Shown: in pieces, positions 1 through 11,870 of the stretch
How the letters are laid out: each line of letters opens with the position of its first letter
How positions within the stretch are numbered: position 1 is the stretch's first letter
DNA from: Octopus bimaculoides
Taxonomy: Eukaryota
Assembly: GCF_001194135.2 (NCBI RefSeq)
Contig: NC_068985.1
Span: 32,082,865-32,146,864 of the forward strand
Reading direction: 5' to 3'
DNA length: 64,000 bases
Program-made: the position numbers and the translations under genes
Notes under the pieces: model-generated
Databases searched by the model: none
What the model saw: only the letters and a program-made list of their open reading frames with translations
Told to the model about the DNA's origin: nothing

Positions 1-311
1 TCCATTCTCACCACATGTCCATACCAGCGCAATCGTCTCTCTTGCACACCACAACTGATGCTTCTAATGTTCAGCTTTTCTCTCAAGATACTTACACTCT
101 GACGGGTATTCACATTGACATTACACATCCAACGGAGCATACTGGCTTCATTCCTTGCGAGCTTACGTATGTCCTCAGCAGTTACAGCCCATGTTTCACT
201 GCCATGTAGCATGGCTGTTTGTACGCATGCGTCATACAGTCTGCCTTTTACTCTGAGTGAGAGTCCCTTTGTCGCCAGCAGGGGTAAGAGCTCTCTAAAC
301 TTTGCCCAGGC
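1..311 (-). mobile_element. Young 5'-truncated RTE-clade LINE fragment (ORF2 C-terminal region); runs off the window start
   Basis: Stop-free minus frame WAKFRELLPLLATKGLSLRVKGRLYDACVQTAMLHGSETWAV...RRLRWYGHVVRME; homologous to 18340-18660 and 63480-63780; CpGs retained. Confidence 0.85.
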
Positions 312-438
312 TTATATACACACACACACATATATATAGAGGGTAAGCATTATTAAATTATATTAATAGTTTATACCAGAGCATGTGCAATAAAAGTCAG
401 AAGATATTGTTATATATAATAGTGTGTAAAAATGTGTA

Positions 439-587
439 CAAGGAGAGAAGACCACCATGTGGACTCCTTGCATGCTAGAGAGGGCAATAAGCAACGTGCA
501 ATAAGTAAGAATCTTTTTTGTTGTGGTTTGTGCTGTGACTGCCCTCTCTAACATGTAAGGAGTCTACATGGTGGTCTTCTCTCTGTG
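439..587. mobile_element. 149-bp MITE-like element with 48-bp terminal inverted repeats and TA target-site duplication
   Basis: Arms 439-486 and 540-587 match at 43/48 positions as reverse complements; 53-nt spacer; TA at 437-438 and 588-589. Confidence 0.7.
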
Positions 588-779
588 TATAAATTCTTAT
601 ATAGTATTATATATACATAAATATATATGTATATAGATATGTATGTATATATACATACATACATACACAGGCACACAAAATACAATAAGATCAACAGAGA
701 TGCACAAGAGCAATGAACACTTAGAATACACAAGAAATACATTTCCTCAAATGCCCAGGGGCATTGAAATGATAGATTT

Positions 780-2158
780 AGCTTCCAATAACATTCATGC
801 TGACATGGTTACTACATCAAGGGCTGACACACCAGCTTCATGAACAGTGCAAAAGTCAACAGCTGAATTTAAGAGGGGAAGGAAGAGTTTTGAAGATGAC
901 CCAAGGCTTGCAACTACCACCACTAAGGAAATCATTGATGTATTCAGCACATGCTGATAGATGACAAGTGATTGACTATAAATCAAATAGCCAATGCTAT
1001 GGCAATGGGCCTCTGAAAGGGGTCTCAGAGAGTAGCACCCCTGCTTTCCTGAGCTAGTTTTCCACCACATCTCTTAAAACTTGTGGTAGAAGCCTTGGTC
1101 TCAGGACCACACATGTCCAGAAACTGAGGTTGGGGGAAAGCAAGGGCATGTTCCTCATAAAAAAATCCAGCTCCAAAAAAGCCTCATGATAGCAAAGGAG
1201 AATGGGCACCAGCCAGCCTAAAGATTGGTCTGGGCTGCACCTGCCTACCTTGGTTGCTATGGCATTGAGGTAGATCCAACTACCCCCGTTAAGGGGACAA
1301 AACCCAGATTTAAAACACTGAATGATGATGACGATGATGATGATGATTAGCATATCCCATGAAAGAATTGAGAATATTCTGCACAATGAACTTGGCATGA
1401 CAATGGTTTCTGCTCGGTGGGTGCCACGTCTTCTGACATCGGATCAAAAGCACACCAGGTTCATCACACCACAGGAAAATCTAACACTGTTTCAAATCCA
1501 GTTGGTTTCTGTGAACATTTCCTAACTCAGATTGAGTGAGTGTTGGCTTGATCACTTTGGGCCAGAGACAAAGAGACAATTCATGCAGTATCAAAATCCC
1601 TTCTCACCTGCTCCAAAGAAGGTCAAAGTTGTTTCATTTGCAAGAAAGGTAATGACCTCAATTTTTGGGGGTGCAAAAGACATTGCATTTTTTGACTATC
1701 TTCAAAAGGGACACACCATTAACAGAGTGTACTATGCCAACTTGCTTAGGCAGTTATGAAAGACTATCAAGACCAAACACTCAGGAAAACTGACAAAAGG
1801 GGTCTTGTTTCATTAGGACAATGCTCCAGCACACAAGTCCTTGCTTTCAATGGCTGCTGTGCATGACTGTGGCTTTGAACTGGTTGATCCCCCTCTCTTT
1901 GGCATTTGACTATTATCTGTTCCTTAATATGAAAAAAACACTTGGCTAGGAACCAGTGAGGAGATGACATCATATCTGCTGCTGATGACTTTTTTGATCA
2001 ACAGGATGAAAGCTTCTTCAGCATTGGGATCCAAACACTGTAACACCAATGGAAGAAACATGCAGACATCAAAGGGGACAATTTGAAAAATAAACTTTAT
2101 TTGGTCACATTCCATGAGAGTATCTTGGTCAGCCTATGAACTTTTCAGCCAACCCTTG
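780..2158 (+). mobile_element. Decayed mariner (IS630-Tc1-mariner, DD34D type) transposon, 5' end missing, interrupted by an insertion
   Basis: Fragments EFKRGRKSFEDDPR, ILHNELGMTMVSARWVPRLLT, DYLQKGHTIN, FH*DNAPAH, LFPNMKKHL; 3' TIR GGTCAGCCTATGAACTTTTCAGCCAACCCTTG followed by TA (2159-2160). Confidence 0.85.
1001..1347 (+). mobile_element. 347-bp non-LTR retroelement 3' end or SINE with (GAT)n tail, nested in the mariner
   Basis: Removing 1001-1347 restores the mariner frame ATA GCC AAT GCT AT|T AGC ATA TCC CAT GAA (IANAISISHE); the insert ends in GATGATGACGATGATGATGATGAT. Confidence 0.8.
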
Positions 2159-2199
2159 TATTCAGCTTGAAGGGGATATTCTGGCACCTTATCACCATT

Positions 2200-2595
2200 A
2201 CATTTACTGCTCTTTATGGCACCAGTCTACTCCTCCCGCCTGCCATGAAAATGAAAAGTAACTAGGAATCACCTCCACAACAAACTTATCCCCACTCCTC
2301 CCATCAAATATTAACTGCTCAACACTTTACATGAAGTAACCACTCCATCTCCTATTCTCCCTCTTCCTTTAGTTTTGGAATTTACATGGCAACCTCACCA
2401 GTACTGGTGCCACAAAAAAGGCATCCAGTACATTGTGTAAAGTGGTTGGTCTTAAGAAAGATATCCAGCTTTAGAAACCATGCCAAAACTGAAATGCTGG
2501 AGTAAGATGTGGTCCTCAGATTCCATTGGGTCCTGTCTAACTATCCAACCAATGCCAACATCAAAGGTGGACGTAAAAAATGACAATGATGATGG
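2200..2595 (+). mobile_element. RTE-family 3' UTR/tail fragment
   Basis: Contains the recurrent block CTGGTGCCACAAAAAAGGCATCCAGTACA...GTAAAGTGGTTGG...GGACGTAAAAAATGACAATGATGATG, seen also at about 5150, 15950 and 19180. Confidence 0.7.
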
Positions 2596-2639
2596 TGAAT
2601 AAATATATTTCAATTATATCAAAGAAATATGAAGAGTTA

Positions 2640-3858
2640 ATAAAGTACATTTACTTTCTTTTTTTGAAAATAAATATCAGGAGGTTGAGCCTTACAGAAG
2701 AGACAACAAAGGACCAAGATGATTGGCAATTCACTGTGTTTGAGAATACCTGTCCATCACAGCATAATTGAGATCCTAAAAGTTTTTGTCTATAAATACA
2801 ACTAGATCCTGTCCCAGCACCCAATCTGTTCCTGTGAAGCATATATCTCATCTTATCAACCACCCCTCTACCATTCTTCTAACTATAGCCCTATTTAGTT
2901 GCTGTAATTATATGAGCAGAATTATGTATTTCATCTCATTTTTGTGCTACCAGTTATCCCTCTCCCTACAACCACTTTCTTTTGACATCCAGCCCTTACT
3001 CTCAGTATTATCCCTTCTCTTTCTGTGCCATCAGCTATTGCATCCTTTCCCCTGAGCTATACTGTATAACTGCTATACCTCATTCTTAACACTCTCTTAT
3101 ATCTGCCATCAACTACCTCCACCTTTGTCCATCACTCACTATATCCAACCCTATATATCTCTATTCTCCATCTGTCACTGTATGCTTTGTTTTCCCTCAC
3201 CCACTCCCATATATAATCTCCATATTTCTCATCAATCTAGTTTTATTATTCAGCTGCTGTCCACCCTTTCTGCACTGCCACTCATCACCTCCTCCATCAT
3301 GAACCACTCCTATATCTTATCACCTCACTCCCAAATATATTTACCATTGACCATGCTTCCACACTTATTCACCATTCATTAGTCACATACTGTTGTGAAC
3401 CAACCCACACTTTCCCAACTTCCCCTTTCCAACTTTCTCTCCCTATCTTCTCTTCTATTAGCTTTCTTGTACCTTGATGGGTACACCCTGACACCTAATT
3501 ACCACAAATTTTATCTTTCTTTGCAGTTACTCCTAACCACCCTTATAAAACACAGAGTAACTAAGTATCTCCTCTACAGCAAGACACTTGTTCCTGTACT
3601 TCTATTATAGCCTCTTAACAGTAGTATAGAGAGATTTTCTTTGTATAGTGAGCTACCTGGCAACCTCACTAGTGCTGGTGCCATGGAAAATATAACTGGT
3701 ATACTTTGTGAAGCAGTTGCCATAAAAAAGGGCATCCAACTATAGAACCTTTCCAAAGCAGACATTGGAGCTTGACACGGTCTTCTAAGTAGTCAGATCC
3801 TATCAAACTGTCCAACTCATGCCAACATAGTAGATAGCTGTTAAGATGATGATGACTT
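2640..3858 (+). mobile_element. RTE ORF2 end plus long CT-rich 3' UTR and (GAT)n tail
   Basis: LSLTEETTKDQDDW matches the ORF2 end in other copies; then about 700 nt of pyrimidine-rich sequence, the shared tail block and GATGATGATGAC. Confidence 0.65.
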
Positions 3859-3916
3859 TTAAAATGCAACACGTGAACTCATAATATATAATAATGTTTG
3901 TTTGTGTCAGCGAATT

Positions 3917-4417
3917 TGATATGTCCCGCATTATGATGACATATTTCATCATGTGTGACTGGCCTGAACAGTGTACCTTGCTGACTGAGCCTGCTTGCTG
4001 TGTCTGTCCACTATTTATCAGTAGTGGAACAGCCAACTTCTCACTTGGGGGTGTCTGTCACAACAACACATAGCGACCTGACGTAAATCCTTCACACGGA
4101 CTTATTATACTGGCAGTTTGTTCCATACTTCAGCAACTCTTAGTTCAAATCCTTCTTCAAATTTTTCACTGTGTAGTCCTTCCATTTTGACACTCCTACA
4201 AGCATTTGTAACCTTGTTACCACTGTTATAACGGCACCGTCATATAGTGGGAGGTATCCTCGTCGCCTCTGATATGTCTTCAGTGTGTGTAGTTCAAATT
4301 CTCATTGCCACTGATATGTCCTGCATTATGACGACGTATTTCGTTGACTGCGTGACTGTCCACTATTTAATGGTAGTGGAACAGCCTACTTCTCACTTGG
4401 AGGTGTCTGCCAGAACA
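3917..4417 (-). mobile_element. 501-bp miniature or internally deleted LTR retrotransposon (TRIM-like)
   Basis: Direct repeats 3917-4065 and 4312-4417, each TGTT...CATATCA on the minus strand; exact 5-bp TSD GAATT (3912-3916 and 4418-4422); PBS-like TGGCAATGAGAAT 1 nt inside the 5' LTR and a second copy AGGCGACGAGGAT at 4268-4256. Confidence 0.85.
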
Positions 4418-4808
4418 GAATTTAAGAATCTTAGAAATACTAAAAATTGTTTCAATTGTCACAAAGATGTCTATTTATTGTTCAATAAGACAAAAAGTAT
4501 TCTTACTAGACCCTCTGCCCACAATTTTCAAATATCTTCAAAATGTTGGAATTTCAGGTTACAGAAGGTAATTTTTACAGATGCAAAGAGTAATTGGGTA
4601 TATCAGAAATAGTAACAGTAAGCTTAGTCACATGAGAGCAGTAAAAGTTAAATGATATGTATCTCAGCATTGTTCTTGAGGTGGTTAGTTGGTAAAAAAG
4701 AGAAAAATCAGATAAAAATGAAATTTAACTTCATACAGTTGAACATCCTGTCTCAAGTATTTACCCCCATTGAGAATTGACGTGAACACAATAGAATAAC
4801 AACTATAC

Positions 4809-4915
4809 CTATTTGACATGTGTAATCTGTAGCACCAAATATCAATTCTGGGGCTCGGTAATATCTCGAACAGATGTAGGACACATTTGGTTCTCCTCTC
4901 ACTAATACTTTTGCA
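4809..4915 (-). CDS. GSK3B: GSK3 coding exon (exon 6 equivalent): activation loop
   Basis: ttcag|T GCA AAA... = [35 protein letters not shown](D)|gtatag; 107 nt; the activation-loop Tyr (SYICSR) is intact; contained in track ORF 4753..4947. Confidence 0.97.
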
Positions 4916-5104
4916 CTGAAATTAGAAACAGAGAGGGAATGCAACATTGTATAAATTTACTAACAATATTTTAAAATTAAAAATATGTCTGCAGGAAAAT
5001 TACCAAATCTTCTTTGAAACCTTAATGCAACAACAAATAATGATTAAATGAAAAAACAAAAAAAAACTGTGTAATTAAAAGAAATAACCCATTGTATGAT
5101 ATCA

Positions 5105-5325
5105 AGATGTCTTTTTTGTCTTGCAAGTTATGTGGTGACCTTGCTGGTGCCATGCAAAAAACACCCAGTACACTCTGTAAAGTGGTAGGCATTATGAAGG
5201 GCATCCAGCTGTAGAAACCATGTCAAAACAGTAGAGCTGGACACAGTTCTCTGGCTCACGAGTTTCTGTTAAGCTGTCCAGCTCATGCCAGCATGGAAAA
5301 CAGATCTCTGATGATGTTGATGAAA
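5105..5325 (+). mobile_element. RTE-tail SINE-like fragment inside the 781-nt intron
   Basis: Same tail block (GCTGGTGCCATGCAAAAAACACCCAGTACACTCTGTAAAGTGG...CATGCCAGCATGGAAAAC...GATGATGTTGATG). Confidence 0.75.
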
Positions 5326-5695
5326 ACTATAGGATTCCAACATAAGAAGAATCATTTGTTAAAGAGACAATATTTAATAAAAAACAAGGTATGTTTTTAA
5401 CATAATGCTTGCATAGTTTTGAAGTATAGCAGCATTACAATTGATTAACTCTAATATTCAGTAGAGATTAGAGAGGTACAATTTATTTAGTTTGATGGGG
5501 ACCAGTGCTTTATAGCAACTCAAAAGAGAATGAGACAAGAAATTTGTGAGAAGTTAAATTATTATATTTACATATGAACAAAATTACATACTGTGAATTA
5601 TTTCAGTTTAGGAACATTGTAAATGTCTACATGCTTTGGTAGAACATGGAAAAGCAAAACTTAACAAAAATAGTAATCAATCTTAATAAGATTTA

Positions 5696-5854
<159 letters not shown>

Positions 5855-5885
5855 TTATTTTTTTAAATAACAGTAATCATTAATA

Positions 5886-8385
5886 CAGTGCTCCCTCTTT
5901 ACAAGGCATCTTGCTATACTGTGTCCCCACATATAAAGCAGGTGGTTTGATGGACCCCAAATAATTTGAAACAGAATTTCCCTCATCATCATTCACAACT
6001 TGCAAAAACCTTGATTAAAAGCAGAATTTCAGCGAATTTCAATGGAATACATACCTTAATTAACAGCTTGAAAATATTGCAATTGGTTACCATATAATTG
6101 GGTGCTAATTAATTGTTTTGTGTGCATAATTTTTGATTTTGTGATGAAAACACCTTTTTGACCGGTGAGCGCTTTTGACAGTTTGTTTTCCATGATTTGA
6201 TTGGATTGTTTGAAGAAGCTTCCACCAATCAAAGGGGTCAAATGAGTCAAACAAATTAGTAGTTAAAGAAAGTAATTAACACCCTGGAGGTGCAATTTAT
6301 ATAAAAGGCAGACCATATTCCACTTCATTCATTACAATTTCAAGCTATCTTGCAGATATTTAAAACAATTTACCGTATGAATACACAATGCCTAAGAGGA
6401 AATCCTATTCTGTAAAGGAAAAGTTAAATCTGGTTGATCACATACGAAATGATGAAATCAGAGCCAAACTATCAAGAGAGACTGGTATTCCAGAGTCCAC
6501 CCTGCATGGTTGGGTTAAGGATGAGGCTAACCTCAAGAGTTATGTAAATACAGTCATGGACAGTGAGGGCCTAGCTAGGAAGAAGGCCAGGACTGCCACT
6601 GACGGTGAAATTGAGAAAGCGGTTTTCACCTGGTTTATCCAGGAGCACAATGGTAGCACCCCACTGTCAGGCGCCATTATCAGAACCCAGGCAGAGAAAT
6701 TTCATAGCCAGCTGCATCCAGAGCAACCTGACCAGCAAACCTTTCTAGCTACCAAGGGGTGGTTGTACAGGTTCCAAAAGTGCCATGGTATAGATCAGTG
6801 GGTAGCAAAGATCAGCAGACAGCCAAGCTACAGATGACTTCCCAGCTACCCTAAAGCAGCATATGGAAGCAGAGTCCCTCATCCCAGAACAACTGTACAA
6901 TGCAGATGAGTCTGGCCTCTACTGAAGATGCTACCAAACAACACCCTAGCAGTAACAACAGCTGCCAATTAGACCTTGGGCTACAAACAGGTAAAAAACA
7001 GATGCACCACCTTCTTTGCCTGCAATGGGACAGGTACCCACAAACTTGGTTGCAGGCAAGTTTCGATCACCCAAGTGCTTCCACCATGTAAATATGAACA
7101 ATCTACCAATGTTTTACAAACACTCAGCCAGGTCATGGATGACAGCTAGCATATTTGAAGAATGGTTCTTTAAGTCATTTGTCCCTAGTGTTAGGAGCCT
7201 CAACCTACCGGAGAAAGCTATCTTCCTGCTAGATAACTGCTCTGCCCACCCACAGGGAGACATTCTACAACCCAGGGATGGCCAGATCAAGGTCCTCTAT
7301 CCACCCAAGAACACAACTAGCAAAATACAGCCCTGTGATGCTGGCATCATTCAAGCCTTCAAAAACCACCTACAAGAAGGAGCTCATTCTGGAAATGATA
7401 GAATTTCTGCTTAGAGTTCTAGACTATCCGAAGCAGCTTACCATCAAGGATGCCAGTTACTTGTCAGGCAGAGCCTGAGTTGCAGTGAGAAGGAAGACCA
7501 TAGCCAACTACTGGAACAACATAGCCAACTGCTGGTACAGCCTTCCCACAGCCCCAACAGCCAGAAAAAGAGGAATTCATGGGATTCACTGAGGAGGAGA
7601 ACAGCATCTAGAGGATCACTTAGAGGACACAATGACCCTACAAGACTTAGTTAACAGGTGGCAGGAAGCAGAGGAAGCCATACTCCCAACAGAGACAGAC
7701 TAACAGACATCCAGATTGTAGAGCAGATTAAGGAGGAGCCAGAAGATGACACAGAGGGAGTGGAGACACCAACCCCAGCCAAGTCACACAGAGAGAGTGT
7801 CTCACACCTCAAGAGGCTTACAGAATACACTGAGTGTGAAGACTATGACCCAGTCTACACCATACACCTGAAGAACCTGCTCAGGCAGACACAGATTAAG
7901 ATGAGGAAAGGACTGTGCCAGAAGCTAACAGACTTTGTTTATGTGATCAAATAAAAAAAAACTATTAAATGTGAACTTTCATACAATGTAACTTTATTAA
8001 TTAAACATACTTTTAAGGGCTTTCAAATCATTCACTAGGTGGCATGACATCAGAAATGTAATGTAAAAGCATTTCAAAAGTATTTATTGAAAATTCTTAT
8101 TTTAGAGTCAACTGGAACTACTTACGGAAGTAAACAATGTAAATATTTCTTAAAAGTTGTAAGTGCTTTAATTCATGATATTTTAAAGTAATTTATAGGT
8201 ATTGTATAATAAATGTTAAACTTGATTAAATATGTTTTTTTTTTTGTTTGTACACTTTACTAATCAAACCAAATATCTCATTTTCTTCTATTATCACCTG
8301 CCCCCCACTTACTCGTGAATCTACAGCCCAGATAGAACGTCTTTTTCTTGGACCCCATCACCCACGTTATAGAGAGGGAGCACTG
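5886..8385 (+). mobile_element. Full-length 2.5-kb Tigger/pogo-family DNA transposon
   Basis: TIRs CAGTGCTCCCTCTTTACAAG (left) and reverse-complement CAGTGCTCCCTCTCTATAAC (right), first 13 bp identical; TA TSD at 5884-5885 and 8386-8387; internal transposase remnant. Confidence 0.92.
6388..7954 (+). pseudogene. Tigger/pogo transposase (psq-type HTH + CENP-B HTH + DDE_1), frameshifted
   Basis: MPKRKSYSVKEKL...IPESTLHGW; FLATKGWLYRFQKCHGI; LYNADESGLY*; AIFLLDNCSAHP; PKNTTSKIQPCDAGIIQAFK; acidic C-terminus. At least four frameshifts, several stops, and a 21-nt tandem duplication at 7499-7540. Confidence 0.9.
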
Positions 8386-8952
8386 TATACAGTAAGCATT
8401 TTATATCAAAATTCCAATACAAGTATATATAAAATTGTCATTGAGATAAAATATTCCCTACTCAGCAACTGCAAGTGTACACAAGACCAGCTTGTAGTTA
8501 TCCAACAAGCTTTGAATCAACTATTAAATCGCTGTATGAAGAAAGCCAAAAGATTGGATGCTTCAACTTCAAGATTGTCATGCACAATTTTCTAGAAGCT
8601 TGACAATACTGAAAAATTTATTTACACTCAATATGCTTAATAAAATATCATTACTTGGAATGGAGAATCACACTTTAAGTGAGGTTTACAGGATAGGGCA
8701 ATGATTAAAATGAAAAGTTGTAAGTTAAGAAGTGTGAGAAAAATAAGAATTTGATGGCCAACATTGTGTCAATCTTAAATTTTTGTAAAAAAATGCAGAG
8801 AAATATAATCAATCAGCGATGTGACTATGAAATATGTCTGGCTTTAAAACTGTTATTTTAGAGCCCCAAAGATATGGCAACTGGAACTGTTGGTGACAGT
8901 AAACATTGCTGAGTTCTGTGTCATTGTGTGACTGTACTTGTATACACACACG

Positions 8953-8954
<2 letters not shown>

Positions 8955-8983
<29 letters not shown>
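8955..8983. repeat. (TG)n microsatellite
   Basis: Direct reading. Confidence 0.95.
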
Positions 8984-8985
<2 letters not shown>

Positions 8986-9199
8986 ACGCGCGTAAAGCCT
9001 GTGATGGTTGTTCCATTTTTCGCTGTGAATTATGGTTCAGAATATTTGTTTATTCTAAAATTAAAAGTAGAGGGGAGATTCAGTTGATATCTTTATAAAT
9101 GCTAAGGAAACTTATTGAAAAGCTTTATAGTACCTTGTTAAGTTATATGCTGTATGAAATCATGTCCTGAAAGTAAATACTAGCTACTATAAAAATGAT

Positions 9200-9590
9200 C
9201 ATTGTCATCATCATTTAGTGTCCACTTTCCAAGCTGGAATGGGTTAGATGGTTTAACTGGAACTGGTAAGCTGGAGAGCAGTACCAGGTTCCAGTTGGAT
9301 TTGGCTTGGTTTTTACGACTGGATGCCTTTCATAATATCAACCACTCCAAGAGTGTAGTGGGTGCCTTTTATGTGTCTGTGGGACAGGTGCCTATTAGGT
9401 GTCACAAGCACTGGCTATGACTATGATTTCACTAGGCTTGGTGAGTCTTCTCAAGCACAGCAAATCACCAAAGGTCTCAACCATTTGTCACTGTGTTAGT
9501 GAGACCCAACATTTGAAGATCATGTTTCACCACCTCATTCCATGTTTTCCTGGGTCTACTTCTTCCTTTACTAGAGAAAGGAAGTGTGCA
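9200..9590 (-). mobile_element. RTE ORF2 end plus 3' tail, minus strand
   Basis: Minus frame GRSRPRKTWNEVVKHDLQMLGLT; tail block in reverse complement ending at TCATCATCAT (about 9205). Confidence 0.8.
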
Positions 9591-10329
9591 ATGGCTACTG
9601 TTTGCTATTTCATGATATATTTTCACAGAGAAAATATGTTTGCAGCAGAAGTATTCTGAAAACTGACCTAGTTGCAATTAAATTTCTTCAGCATTCTTGC
9701 TGGTCTTCAAATTAGGAGATTATACATTTAAATCTTAACTCTTAGGACAATGTGATCATAACAGAAAGTAAATGGTCACAGCTATAATGCTGAGCAAAAG
9801 CTGAAAGTCCAACCTCAATTAACATTTTGTAACTACAAATTAAGGGTGCTAGGCTTGCAAGTTTCTCCAATGAGCTACTCAACACTAACAGCTAACAAAG
9901 AAGTCTTCTTACAGTTGAATGTCAAGAATTTATCAATGTAATAAGGAAAGGAAACAAATATTGTTGGATATTATGGATATGCATAATACTAGATATGCTT
10001 ATCAGAAATGCCATTATCAAGTGGCTTCACAATAAACTTCTTTTATGGTTAGTTTGTTGATTTCAAGTTTGTGTCTTTCAGTTACAAAGAGTAAGATAGC
10101 TGAGTTGATAAGGAACTAGACAACATGTCAGAAAATTGAATCTGGTCACTTATATTATGTTGAGTCTTAGCTCTCAAAAGTTATATTACTTTGATGTTTT
10201 ACACTGGGTATAAAATAATTTTGTGACAGGAGTAAATATCAACTAGATCAAAACATTTTCATTAAGTTGGCACTGTGAACATTATAATTCATCATTTTAA
10301 GCAATGAAGACACTGCAAAGCCAGTGAAG

Positions 10330-10548
10330 GAGCCTTTACACAGTTGCTTGACCAGGTACAAATAATAGCCAAACTTTCTCAGCTCAGACTCTAATAACTA
10401 AAAAAAAAGAAACAACAGGTTGAATAACGTAGATCTAGATTCACTGCCTAACAAAAAAGGAGATGGAATAGTTACTGCTGGAACAATTGTTCATACATCT
10501 GTTGGATGAAATCTGACCTGATGTTAAACAGCAACAAGACACAACAGC
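10330..10548 (+). mobile_element. SINE family with (AAC)n-like tail, 3' part
   Basis: TTGACCAGGTACAAATAATAGCCAAAC...CTGACCTGATGTTAAACAGCAACAAG; similar to 38830-39062 (+) and 20680-20870 (-). Confidence 0.55.
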
Positions 10549-11244
10549 AGCGATGTTATGGAACTGATGAATGTATATTATTGGTTTGCAGTGACAAGAT
10601 CTATTTCTTCCAAGGGAAAAGCTATATGTGAAAGAGAAGCATTCTATTCATGAGATTTATCTTCCTATCTACTATGGAGATCAAATATAAGCATTAGTAG
10701 AATGGATTCTTGTGAGTCAGAAAAAGAATGTTTATCTGTGTGAGTGTGTAAAATTAACTCCTTTGTTCCTTCCTGAAAACACGATCTGATTTGACTGTCA
10801 TCTTTTCAAGTTAGGTTCACATGAGCTGTTTGATTTAAATACAATTCAGATGGAAATAATTTCAGCATGACTAGGACCACAATAATATCAAGTAATTCAA
10901 TTTCTTTGCACAGATTATTTGATTTTTATTCAAATTCATTACATCTTTAGCAGTAAGATACTCCACATCACTCTACACCAAAATATTAACTTGCTTATAG
11001 AGAACTCCACTGTATATCACTTCTTTTTTTATTTTATACTTCAAATAATGAACAACAGTGCCATTAGTTACAGGTCTTTGATGGTTCACCAAAATCCTGA
11101 TGACAAGACTGGTATGAGTCCCTGTTTCTCAATGTAGAAGAAATTTTTACAAGAGACTGTTCAAAAAGCATGAATTTTCAGTTTTCTTAAAAATGCTTAC
11201 ATCTTTTGTTGATATAGGTATATATACACATATACACACCATAT

Positions 11245-11870
11245 ATATCAGCATTACTATTTTTGCATCCACTTTTCCATGCTTGTGTGGATTTGCAAAG
11301 ATCCTTTCCAACAATGTCTTGCCATTTGCTGAGTTTCTTTGTCACTTTGTGTAAGATTCAACATATCGAGATTAGCTTTTACTGCTTCTTTCCATGTTTT
11401 TCTTGGTCTACCTCTTTCCAGGCACTTCTTTACCTAAGTATTACCCTTCACAATCATCCCATTTGTTCCAACACAGTCTTTGTTCTTGCACATTACAACT
11501 GATTCTTCTTATATCTAGTTTATCTCTCACTTCATTTGTATCATGTTGTTCATACACACTAATATTACATGTCTAATGGAGAATACTTGCTTTATGGCTT
11601 TTCAACCTCCATACATCTTCTGCAGTCAGTGTTGACTCTCAATCATGCAGTATTGAACTTCGTATGGAAGCAACATAAAATTTACCCCTCACTTGAAGAA
11701 AGAATCTCCTCGTTGCCTGATGAGGCATTAGCTCCCTGAACTGTTCCCACCTTGTCCTTATTCTAGCTACTATGCTTTCAGAGCTTTCTTCTCCATTGCT
11801 GATTAGGCTGCCCAGTTAACAAATGCTATCATCTATTTTTATGGAGCCTGCTAAGCATTGAAAAGAATTT
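11245..11870 (-). mobile_element. Decayed RTE ORF2 C-terminal region plus tail
   Basis: The reverse complement resembles the LISNGEES...WEQFRELMPH...YEVQYCMIESQH segment, followed by the tail ending CATGGAAAAGTGGATG. Confidence 0.65.

Noticed and set aside
6388-7954. Domesticated TIGD/JRK/CENP-B-like host gene
   Set aside because: Multiple frameshifts and stops, and still bounded by TIRs and a TA TSD.
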